64,000 nt of DNA from Calcarisporiella thermophila CBS 279.70. Its lineage: Eukaryota > Fungi > Calcarisporiellomycota. Under the pieces are notes generated by a model. That model saw nothing but the letters and a program-made list of their open reading frames with translations. It was not told where the DNA came from and made no database searches. The position numbers and the translations under genes were made by a program. The first letter of the stretch is position 1. The number at the start of each line of letters is the position of its first letter. Below, piece after piece: positions 23,739 through 35,765 of this stretch. The stretch is from positions 303,516 to 367,515 of the forward strand of contig NW_027192211.1 in the NCBI RefSeq assembly GCF_041956535.1, read 5' to 3'.

Positions 23739-25795
23739 TTAAATTTGATGCTTTAATGCCCCTAAATGCTGCATTTCATGAGCGACTCTTTCGTATATGT
23801 CTTCGGCGGGCCGCAAGCACTTTTCCACTTCGTTCTCCATTGCGCTGCCCTCCTTTCTCCTCCGATAGGCCTCCCCACTTCGCTCTGGATTGGCACGAGC
23901 TTCTAGGCCTCCGCCCTCCGAAAACCTCGGAGAACGTTGCCCCAGTAGTAGGATCTGTTGACTCCATCTCTTCAACTTGAGCTTAGTGTTGGGTTTTACC
24001 GGGCGTGGCATTTCTGCAGGGGTTATGGGTTTGACGGTTAGGGGGGGCTGCGAAGGTGGTCGAACTTTTTTCGGGTTGGCCGCTCCACCTTCTTCGATGG
24101 GAGTGAGAGAAAGTGAATAGGTATGCTGCCATGTCTCTGGGATGAGGGATGCGACGAGGTCATCAAACTCCATCCCCACGCTTCCCACTCCGAACCCGTT
24201 GTCATCGACATTGGTCTTTTTTGGCTCCACTAGCTCTGGAACCCGGGGGGGAGGAGGAGGTTCCGTATCATGGTTTGCAGACTCCTGCACGGGAATAGGG
24301 GCGGTAATTGACGGCGAAAATGGACCCTCGCTCTGTAAGGGATGGATAGAGTTGGAGGTGGGTGACGGGGTGTGTGATTCAGCGATGGCACCTGCGAGAG
24401 AGGATGTCGACGAAGACTGCAACTGGAGTCCACCCAAGTCAAAGGAGGAAAAGCTGAGGAAAGAGATCCGCTTTTCTACTTCTATCCAAACGAAATTCAA
24501 AGTTAAAGTCTCCCCTCCAAAGAATACTAGGTCATAGTAGCAGCTATGGTCGCAATTACCTTCTTTTGCTTGGTGAAGATAATCGAAGGAACTGACGGGT
24601 TTGCTCTGCAGTGAAGATTTTCTTGACAGCCCTCTGCTAGATGCCATGGACGACATTGGGATGGACCAAGCTCTCTGAGTCTTTTCTGGTGTGTCTTCAT
24701 GACACTGCTTCATTAGTGGCGGTGAAAGAGGTATTTTCTTGTGGGGGAATTTTCCATAACGCATGTATCCAAGGCCTTTTTTGACCCACGGCGAATTCGC
24801 TGGAGGTTCGGGGAAATCAATCGAACGAATGCTGGAATGGTCTGGGCGTTGCAGAGAAGAGGCGAGGCTCTTGAGGAGTATGTGGTCAAGCCTCGACTCG
24901 GGTGGAGGAGCACGCCCATCTTTACTAGTGCGGTTAGTAGGCTTTTGGGAACCCACAGTAGCCATTTCATCCGTGGTAATCAAACCAGGTGACTTAAGGA
25001 TCGAATCTCGCGAAGAGCTATCATTTTCATTGCCATTTTCTATAGTTGGCGGGAGAAGATTTTCTTTGTTCGAGGATGAAGAGATAGGGGGAGAGGGGGG
25101 GTCGTCGTTCTCATCTAGGCATTCTGCCTCGGACGGTAGCCGGAAGAGTTGCAGTCTCTTGAACGAGTTTGAAATAGAGAGTCGCTTTAGCTCTTTTTTC
25201 CTCTCTGGTTGAGGCTCCTGCGGAGTCTCCTGGGGCAGTGCAATGGGGATGCGTTTGCTGATCTCAAGCCGTGGCGAGCCGGATTCAGATTCGGTAGAAT
25301 CGGGTGTCTCATCGAAGAAGCTGAGAGCGCGTCGAGCTCGAAAAGATTCCAGAATCTGCGGATCGAGCTCAATAAAGTATACCTGACTAGCAAGAAATCG
25401 TCCAACGACGCCCTCACAGTATCCCTAATAGATATAGGATTACGATGTGCATATGAGTATCTTCGGTTTACGTGATGAAATCAGCTTACTAAATAAGTGT
25501 CATCTGCAATATGCTTGAGCACCGTGATTCGTTCGCCTAAATCAGTGTGCAAAGGTTTAATTTGCTTTTTTCTCCTAATCAACAAGGATAAAGAACCGAG
25601 ATTACCTATCAGGAACATGAGCTCATCTTCCTCTTGGGCGAGAACATTGGTCCTTGCAACGCATGTGCCGATTCCTCCTGGGGTTATCAGTAGAATTGAT
25701 TAGATCAATAGATCAATGGTGAAAAGTATAACGCTTTAGTTTCTACCTTTGACCGCAAACTCCTTCAATTCATTTAAACTCATGTCCATATCCAT
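23739..25795 (-). CDS. Protein with an N-terminal degenerate SH3-like domain and a long S/P-rich disordered tail
   Basis: Spliced N-terminus MDMDMSLNELKEFAVKGGIGTCVARTNVLAQEEDELMFLIGERITVLKHIADDTYLGYCEGVVGRFLASQVYFI; the frame is continuous into ORF 23739-24983. Confidence 0.7.
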
Positions 25796-28563
25796 ATTAA
25801 ATATTATATAAAAATGCTAGAAAACGAATGGTTAAGAAACGAAAAAAAATTAGGCGAGCTATATAGGAGAACAATGAAGAGACTAAGTGAAGGTGCAATC
25901 CGTAGTTATTGTGACAATAACAGAGAGTAGAATGAAGAGGAAAAGTAGAAAAGAAAAAGCAAAGGATGCAGATATTACAAATGAATCCGAAAAGAGAGGG
26001 TGCCTGAGAATGTCGGAGAAGTCATTACAAGCCTAGTGTGGGTTTAGTTTGAAGAGAGGGAAGGGAGGGGGAGAACAGGGCGAGAAAGAGTCGAGGGGAA
26101 AACAAACGCTGCGGGCGAGAAAACAAAAGCGTTCAGAACATTTTGCAGCCGAGAGAGCATTGTATATAGCCTTTTTCAACCCGTCGCCTTCAGGGTGTCT
26201 GCTTGTTGACGTGTTTTTGCGGGGGCCCCGCGCTAGAAATAAAAATGCACTTACATGATTACACGTGCATTACATCTGAAGAAAACAGTCAACAAAGGGC
26301 CGCTGAGCCAGGAGGCCACCCAGGCTCCAGATGGAAATGGGTGGCAACTGACTGCCGATCGAGTGTAACACGTCCGATTATTAAATATATGCCAAATTGC
26401 GCAGTTTCATTGCTCATCACGAGAAAAAGCATTGGAGAAATTATGACTGAGAAACGTTACCTAGAAATTGGTCCCATCCTCCTACCCACAAGATTAAATC
26501 TGGCCAAGACCACAGCTCCACTCTACTCAATTATCTTTTTTGCGTCCTTTATCCCCGCTGTTTGCACTAGTGAGCAGCTTTGGGCCATTGTTCGCGGAGA
26601 TAGCGCTTGGGAAATTATGCAAAGGCGTCAAATCTGGTTAGCTATAACTTGGTTTCATTTCATTTTCCGGTTTTCTCACTCCAAGGAACTATAGGTTAGC
26701 AGATGGGTCCCAAATGGCTGTATTTGCCCGTCGCCGAGCAGACCCGGAGAGCTGACACAATCTGTAGCTAACTGTTCTGCAGAGCAGCTACTATCGTTCG
26801 TTGATAGAGGCGAAACTTTTGCATCCGGCAAGATTTGGAGTGGAATACCCAAGGAAGTTTGATCCGGGTTAGAAGAAAATTCCTTAAGATGCGACTCATA
26901 AAACCCACTTCCATCATTAATCAGAAACCCGTTGAAATTTGCTCATTCAACTAGTAAAGAATTATCAACCAGTATAAGTAATTCGGACATGGTTAGGCAC
27001 GAAAGTGGGGGAAGATATTTGTGATTGGCTGAGTCGTTGTGGACCATGGATATGCAATTAAAGAAATTAGCAGTTGATAATTGTGAACAATACTGTTACA
27101 AGAAAAGCGGGGGTGTATTGAAAGAGAAAATTTTGCCTGTGATGGGAAAGTAGGGGATCCTGGCATTCCATGTTTATATCCTAGTAATAAAATTATTTCA
27201 CTGGCCAAGGGAGATTAGTGCTGGTAAAACTTGGACATCAGTGGGAGATTGTACGAGAATCTATTACTCTATTGTATCTAGTGCAAAGTTTATGAAAGAA
27301 TGGAAGAAGAATTGGCGTGATAGAAAGAACGAGCAATTAAAGGGATGGGTTAAAATAGATTGTGTGCATTCTGTTATGAGATCAGTTGAAAATTATTGAT
27401 TTCAAAATATTTGCACAGGATACCAAAGTAGTTGTAGCTACATTGGTATCCGTTCGAGAGCTCATTGATTTGAACAAAATGAGACATTGTAGCCAAAACC
27501 ATATCTCAAATACGGGCATTTTTAACGAAGGTGGGTTAACGCTGTTTCCCAACAATAAGTCATTTTTTAGTGAACTTCTGCAAATCTTTTATTAGGCCTT
27601 TAATTTCAATACTCTGAGGGATGGTCATAATAAATTACAACCATCGTACAGAATAATCGATACCAGAAATACCCAATTATACCTAAAGCTCAGCATATGT
27701 TTAAAATTAATCAAGCAGCAAAGCATACAGACGTATTCAATCAAAAAACCCCATAAAATATGACTTGAAGGTTACGAAATATCCTGAAACTATACTTTAG
27801 GAGGAGTATTGTTTTTTTTAAGAGCATAACAGCCCCTACCAATAGGCAGTAGAAATGACTCTACCGAGAGCAATATACCTTCCGTAAAGGTCACAAGACT
27901 AAACACTATGCTATTACGGCCTTCGAAATTCAGGCGGGAAACTGTTTATTTTATAAGAAAATTTTTCTCCGCTTCTTCTTCATATAGCTCTATTCCAAGC
28001 ATGCCCTAAGAACGAATCGATATGAAGTTGCTGCCAAAATGCAGGGCAGGAAGTCCATTTCGCTTGTTGTAGAAAATCATTGTGAAGGAGAAAATGAATC
28101 TTTTGTTAAGTGTATGACTCGTTGAGATTAAAAACAGGTGACTTTAAAGGTCGAATCAACCTCGGCCTAATCCATTAGAAAATTTTTACTTTGGCTTCTT
28201 GTCGCTATGACTTTAACGTGAGAATCTATGTATTAACAATGATACAAATTGAATACATGTGTCTATATCACAGATTCAAATACAGGAAGACCAGCAGTCT
28301 CCAATGCCGAGTGTGGAGTGCTAATACAACCATGATATTCATTATATTTGGGATTCGGAGACTAGGAGTCAGTTCAATGAAGGCCAAGCCTCAATCATGT
28401 GATGTGACTGAGGCACAGCGTTTCATCGGAGCCGTTCATAGGGAAAGAGAAATCCGAAGCTGCGTATTCTTGGTATTCATTGGAGAGCAACTGGTTGTCA
28501 TCAAGAGAAAAGAGAAAGCGGAGAAGAGAGGGGCAACTATTAAGGAAAAAAATTCTCTTAATT

Positions 28564-31500
28564 ATGCCGTTTCAGCCTTTTACTTTCCAATACATACTCC
28601 ATGGAATTACACTAGATGATCCCTCAGCATCGCCTCCGACCCCACAACAAGGAATATCGCGATTCACGCGACGCCCTCACAGTGGATCCGGCCAATCGAG
28701 CTCGAACGCTTCGCGTAATCTTCTGTCGACTTCACCAAAGACGGGACGCCTAGTAGGATGGAACGTAGGAGGGCAAAATTCTTCACCGCAAGTGTCTGTA
28801 GAGACTGTGGAGGCATGGGGTAATTCTTACGAATTCTTTGCATATTACACGTATAAGAGTCTAATACCTATGGTTGCGCCCATCAGAAAATAATTTATAT
28901 ATTGGAACAACGGATGGACATGTGCTGCACTACGTGTTGGAAGAGCGGATATCGCCCGAGAGTGTAAGTGGCACTCAAGATTATATTCATTATGTGTATA
29001 AACTTTATAGCTATGAATCGATAGAACATACCCAAAAGTCGACTGGTGGAAAAACTCAATCTCGGTTTTGGAAAAAAAATTGTTGAGCGAATATCGCTGC
29101 TACCTCAGATCAGTAAAGCGGTGGTTCTATGTGGTATGTTTTTTGTAATTTCTATAGAGAAATTTTCGCGGGTCGTGACTGACTGAATTTCCTTGGACAG
29201 ATTCCTCGATATCCTTCTATAGTCTTCCGGACTTCGAGCCCCTTCCCACTGCTAACTATCCGATCATTCGTGGCATAACCTTCTTCTGTTACGATGTATC
29301 TCGGGAAGGCGAGACAGAGCCAGACGGCTCTGTGAGAATATGTGCAATTAAACGTCGTGTTATCCACTTTTACCGCGTCAATCAGGGCCTCTTCATGGAA
29401 CGAGAATTGAGTTTGCCTGATGGTGCGATTTATGCCGCTTGGTATGGCTCCCATATCTGCCTGGCAGATTATCACCACTATTTGATTGTCGATGTTCCGG
29501 CGGGGCGTGCAGTACGTCTTGATGTGCCACACCCGAGTACGGTCACCACCGAAGGTCGTGGGATGCTTAAGCCGCAGATTGCGGTGGTAGGCGAGGGTGA
29601 GTTTTTGGTTGCGTCCGCCTTGGGCGACCGCTCCATCTTCGGTATCGGGATGTTTGTGTCGGTGACGGGCAATGCAACTAGCCGTGGCACCCTTCATTTT
29701 TCAAGTTATCCGCGATCTCTGTGTGTGGAGTATCCATATGCCATTGCTCTTCTTCGCACTGGGGTCATTGAGATAAGCAACATTATCAACCAAGAGCGTT
29801 TGCAGGAAATACACCTCTCGGCCGGAGATTGTCGTGGAGTATCGCTCTCGCTTGGGATGAAAATGTGGGTGGCTGTGTTATCAGAACGACTGCGAACAAG
29901 ACGGTTGAATGCTGCGGACCATGCTGGGAGTGATCAGGTATCGAAACTGGCGACGTTAACAGCACGGCTTCTGATTTATGGGCGAGACTCGATCATGGCC
30001 TTGGTTGCAACACCACTCGTAGTTCAAGTGGACAATATGTTGGATGAGGGACGGTTGGAAGAGGCGCTCGTTCTGGCCGATCAAGCTGCTTCAACTTTGC
30101 CCCCCGATAGGCAGCAGAGCACACGAATGGTATATGTGCACGGAAAAGTCCGGACTGTAGTTTAGTTACTGATGACTATTCCCCTCCCAATTAGATGCAT
30201 GAGTTGGAGTTTATTTATCAAAAGACGGGCTTAATTTATTTTGGAGAGACACTCTTTGACGATGCATCTACTCTATTAGAGAAGGGAAACATTGATCCTC
30301 GAGTGCTTATTAGTCTGTTTCCGGAAGTGGCCATCCCTGCTGTTGAGCGCGAGCTGGAGGAAATGGAGCTGTATGAAGGGGTGCACGAGGCACTGAGGAA
30401 TTTAGGAAGTGTGAACCAGATCAGTAAGTGTTTTGCCACACTACGAGGTCGAATTCCCTGTTACTACAATTAGCCACTGACAATCTCATAATGTAGTTGA
30501 GAAGTCGGTGTCTAAGATGTCCTCCGATGACGACTCCAATGCTGTCAAGGAGCTCGCTACTGTGCTTCGCACCAATGCCTATGAGATGCTTATCAAATTT
30601 TTGTCACGAGCTCGATCACGACTACGGCGTCGACCCGCCTTGACGGGGGATGTGCTTACGGCCATAGACACCGCGCTTGTGAGAATATATGCCATTTGCC
30701 AAATGGACACGGAGCTTTATTCTATGCTAGAGAGAAAGAATAGCTGTAGAATAGAGGATTGTGAACCTGTATTAACCGCACACAAGGTATGGGCGATTTT
30801 CAATCCTGACCCGATAATATGTCTCTGATGGGTGAGCACTTGACATAGAAATACTACGCTTTGTCGGTATTATATCTCTCACAGCACCACTACGCAGAAG
30901 CCCTGGACATATGGACCAAGTATGCCTGCTCATACGGAAATGTTATACTTCAGTTATTAACTCGTTTTTTCAGGATACTCTCCTCTGAGCTACACGACCC
31001 GGGGTTTAGCAATGGAATGGAGCGTCTTGTGGAAATGCTGGCAAACTTGGAGGATCGGGAGGAGCTTGTTGAAAAGTATATGTGGTGGGTGATGGAGCGA
31101 GAGCCGTCCGAGGGGATAAAACTATTTACTCTACCTAATCCCAACCATGTATCCATGAAATTCGATGTGGACGAGGTGTTGTCGCGACTGGACAAGTATG
31201 GACAGGAGTATGTGAGAACATACCTGGAGTATTTGATTTGGAAGAGGCATAGTCAGGTGCGTGTTGCATCTCAGCTAATAGGACTACTGTAGCTTGACTA
31301 ACTTGAGTTTAGATGGATGCTCACCACACGCGAATCGCTTTATTATACATTGACGACGTATCCTCGTCCTTTGGGCTTGATACTACGAATAGACTGCAAG
31401 AGTTTGCACAGGATTTTGCAGAGCGCTCGGTCGCCTCATGCTCCATCCCTCCGGTCGCCGCCTCTCCTCCCCCCTCCCCTCCGCCCTCCTCCCCTTCCCC

Positions 31501-32487
31501 GGGCACTTTTCTATCGGCGGTGGCAGAGCGGGTCGAAACAGATATTTTATGTCGAAATCGCTCGAAATTGCTGGACTTTCTGCAATGCTCTGAGCTCTAT
31601 GATACAGAGGCTATCTTGGCGCGATTACTGGAAAGCTGCCACGGAGAGCTGAAGGCTGAGATTGCCATTGTTTATGGAAAGGTATTGCTACTTGCACACA
31701 TTAAGCACAGTTGAAAAAAGGTACTCACATTTTTGTTCTTTATGTTGCCATCGTAGCTTCGAATACATGACAAAGCACTCCGAATTTTAGTGGATGAGCT
31801 CAAGGACTTCCTCGGAGCCGAGGCCTACTGCTTGAATAACGGGCAAGTCATCGGGCAGATCGAAAAGAGCCGTCTGCTTGTTCGCAGCGAAAATAGCAAG
31901 AAGACGGCGGCAAGAAAATCGGGCGTGGAAAAAAATCGAAGAGAGCTGTTTATGATGTTGCTGCGAGCATATCTCGCGATGCCCAATCTGCAAGTGTTAT
32001 TTTATCCAAGCTATCCCTCCCCCCTACATTTATTCATTTTTCTATACAATGCTCTCTGCTGTTCATAGAGTACTGATGGTGTCCCAGACGATGCGTCTGT
32101 TAAGCAGACAAGCCATCTATCTCGATGTGCTGGAAGTCCTTAAAATCCTGCCGGATTTTATCTCTGTGGAGATGTTGAGCGAGTTTTTGGTGCGCTCGTT
32201 GCGAAAACATTTGCATGAACACCGGCAGCTGCGAATACTAAAGTCTCTGAGTTTTGGGGAAAACCTAATGGTATGTAGGGAATTCTTGACCCTTCTCTCT
32301 ATGCAGTGCTTGCAACCTCTATTTGTTCTAGGTGAGTCACGATTTGTACCGCATCTACGAGGACCGCGGGCCCGTCGTCATCACCGAGGATACGGTGTGC
32401 ACGGTGTGTCAGCAGGTGATCGCTGACTCTGTCTTTAAGCGACTGCCTAATAATGACATTCTCCATCTTCACTGTTCCAGAAACTGA
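28564..32487 (+). CDS. Vps39/Vam6/TGFBRAP1(Vps3)-family tethering subunit (CNH domain, clathrin-like repeat, C-terminal Zn finger)
   Basis: VEAWENNLYIGTTDG; IDTALVRIY; YLEYLIWKR; LKDFLGAEAYC; LDVLEVLKILPD; CTVCQQVIADSVFKRLPNNDILHLHC. One GC-AG intron (31990-32068). Confidence 0.88.
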
Positions 32488-33138
32488 TATGCTCTGTTTG
32501 AAAAATATTTTTTTCCCCTCTGTATTTTATATATACTATATCCACTGCAACTCTAATAGATTATTCATTTATTTTTGATTGGTCCGCCTGGTTGCGTAGA
32601 TGGTCTGATTTCAGAATATCTGATAGCTATAAAGAGAAGTTGCAAGAGGGAGAAAAGGGGGGAGGGAGGGGAGAAGTACAGGGCGTGGTCATCGCTGACG
32701 TCCCCTGGTGCACCTGCCTTGTATTCTATTGCAGTGTGCGATCGAGGCATTTAGGTGTGAAATGATGGAATAAGGTTTAATGGTGCAAGAAGTAATTTTA
32801 TTTCAAATTTTTTAAGCTTCATGACTGCTCATGACAGTCCAAAGCGGTTAGGCGGGTGGCTTGTTTCCAGACAATAAGGAAAAAGAAATGATTGAGAATG
32901 GGATCTATTTTATCAAAAACCAGTGCTTTTGATTCAATCTAGGTCGATCTTTGACAAAGACTCTCCACCCATCTCCACACTACGGTTATTCTTTTCCTCT
33001 TTTGTCACCCTATTCTGAGCTTTTCCTTTTTTACCTTCCCCTGGCACCTGGCGACAAGACAACTCCATCGGTCAACTTAACTAATTCCTTTCTCCACAAG
33101 GTTTAAGTACAAAAAAAAAAAATAAAAAAAATCAGACC

Positions 33139-35320
33139 ATGTCTAGCAACCCTCCCGACTACGCAACGGGCGATGTGACTCAGCGCTTGGGACGGAGGAT
33201 CGCACATAATATTGATGATTCCTCGCGGCGTAGCCCACGGGGTCGCGGCAGAGGCAAATTCAAAAAGAGGACGACTGCGTCACCCCGCAATACCACCGAC
33301 AAACTCAAGGTGTTCTCGCCTTCGCCTTCAGAACAATCGGATTCGTCCTACAGCGTGACGCTGCACCCGTCGAGTGCAGAGAGATCTAGAATTGAAAAGG
33401 AGGCCGGAATGGTATCCTCTCGACAGTCCAATGGAAGAAAGCGACGCCTTGGAGAAGGGTCGAGTGGTGATGAAAGCGAGGCAAGCGAATTGTCTGGAGC
33501 ATGTAAGTGTGACATGGAAGTGCCCCCTTGTTCCCTATCCTTGCTCATCCCGCATATTGTCACTGTATTTCTATTTTACTCTAAAAAGTTTCTGATGAGA
33601 GTGCAGAGGGAGACGACCAAGATATCGCCGATTTGAAGCGAGCGCATCGAACGGGCATGCGGAAGTTGGGGCGTATTAGAGGGCAGTTTAATGAATTGAA
33701 AGCTTGGTATGCATGATCAAATTGCATGCTGTATCAGACTTCCTTGACATTTGGTTTACTTTGTGCCACCTCCCCTCCCTCCCCACAGGCTTGTTGAAAT
33801 GCGCTTGAAGGACCTCGCTAAAGAGGTAGAGGAGCTTAAAGTTGGAAATCACAGGGGCATGATGAAGCAGCTCGAGGATGCTGAAAACAAACGTAATAAA
33901 CACTTGCGTATGGCCCAGTACCGACTTCGGGCTTCGGAAGAGGCAGCTAACGCATTATTCGACGGCTTCTGCAAGCAGGCTTATGATGATTTTTTGGTTC
34001 GTAAAAGCGTCTGTTACTCTTGTATCTGTGGGCCTTCAATACCTACCCTTTTTTTTTCTTCATCTTCAGATACGACGACAAGAGCTCCGGGAATACTTCT
34101 CCCAGAGCTGGTTTGTCCAGTTCCGTCAACTGAGTCGAGAGATGAACGGCGCTAGCCCGAGCCCAGAAGATCCCGCCCACCCTGCCAAATGGCCCGTTTC
34201 CGTTCAGATCCCACTCACGGGATTGAATTCAGACGACGCAGTGGATGATTTGCGAGTCATTCGTGGAGATGGGTCCCAAGGCCAGCCGCCCTCGCTCCCC
34301 TCCTCGCCTTCGCAACCCAACCCCTCTCAACTGCTGCCCTCGCCCCCGATTGAAATGCCACCGATCGAGGAGGCCCCAGTCGAACCCTCCCCGTCCTTGC
34401 ATCCAGAACCTGAGCCCGAACCTGAACCTGAACCTGAACCTGGACCTGAACCTGAGCCTGAGCCTGAGCCTGAGCCCGAGTCTGGGCCTGGGCCTGGGCC
34501 TGAGCCTGAGCCTGAGCCTGTACACGAGCCCGAGCCCGAGCCCGAGCCCGCACCCCAGCCGTTGGAGCCGAAGCCTGTCCCTAAGCCAGAATTAAAGCAA
34601 AAGAGGCGAGTGGGGCGCCCACGGAAGCGGCCGACAAACGAGCTAGTCATGGCCAAAATAACCACCCCCTCATTATACCAGCAGGCCGAGAGAGAGAACG
34701 CTAAGGCGCGCGAACAAAAAAACACTCGGCTAGTATGGGAGGAAACCGTGGTGTCCCAGGTGGCGCCCCCCATCCCCGTCGAAACATCCCCGCCCTTGTC
34801 GATGGCTACCGAAACCGCTTCTCCTGCCCCATCCACCACGGACGTGCTGCTGACGCCCTACCCACCCACGAAAAAGCCAACGATCAAAACCAAGCGGATT
34901 GGACGGACCCCGCTTGCCCTTCAGCAGCTCCAGCAGCAGGGGCTGGGTTCGCCCGCCGCCCGCCCGGATGCCCATGCCACGAATTCTGCCTATTCGACCC
35001 CTATGAGCTATCCCCATCCACCTGTGATGCATACCTCGCGCTCTGCGGATTCAACCCCTTACTCGATGCCCAGCGACCTCGGCTCAAGCATGCGAGAGGG
35101 GCTTGGGATCTTCAACGCACCCTCTCCCACCTCCACCTCCGTCGTGCCCACCCACTCCCCCTCCAATTCCGCGGGCTATCCCCCCGATCTCTCGTCCTCT
35201 TCATCGTCCCACGTTGCCTCCTCCCACTCTCCCACGGAGGGAAAACCATTCACGTTCAAACGGAAACGGAAACAAACCTTGATCGACATTATGGACTCCA
35301 CCACTGTAACTAGGTCATGA
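33139..35320 (+). CDS. Sds3-like (Sin3/Rpd3L) coiled-coil protein with an (EP)n tract and an AT-hook, 4 exons
   Basis: Spliced [60 protein letters not shown]...[16 protein letters not shown] matches the Sds3/BRMS1/Dep1 pattern; [11 protein letters not shown] is an AT-hook. Confidence 0.7.
34403..34549 (+). repeat. Hexamer tandem repeat (CCTGAG/CCTGAA/CCCGAG) encoding (PE)n
   Basis: Directly visible; about 24 units with GP, S and VH interruptions. Confidence 0.92.
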
Positions 35321-35765
35321 AGACAAGCTGGATCGTCTGTTTTTTTTTTTCGCTCCTTTTTTCCTTATAAAATACCTCCATCCCTATTCTAATACATACA
35401 CATCTAAATTGATATATATTTTTTTCAAGCTGGCTTTTGATTTTCCCCCCCTCCCCCCCCTTTGTAATATATTGACTTTTCTTTCCCCCCTCCCCTCTCT
35501 CGCTCGGACCCCACTCGCTTCTTCATTGTATGTTTGTTTGTTTTACCTCAAAGCTGAAAAAGACAATGTTATTATATTCCTTTTGTTTTTGTTTTTTACT
35601 TTCTCTCTTAACAAAGAAATCGATATTTAATTAAACATGACTTGCTATACTACTTTTCTATAGGGGGAGAAATAGGGGGTGGAGAGATTAGAGTGGCGAC
35701 TCCTCCTCACATTAGCATTAGAAAAGGGGGAACTATAGACGAGGCGATAACTACATAGAATACAA

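Noticed and set aside
24482-24559. Hydrophobic segment NCDHSCYYDLVFFGGETLTLNFVW in ORF 23739-24983 (similarly 30920-30973)
   Set aside because: Best explained as stop-free in-frame GT-AG introns (78 and 54 nt) that the ORF track reads through.
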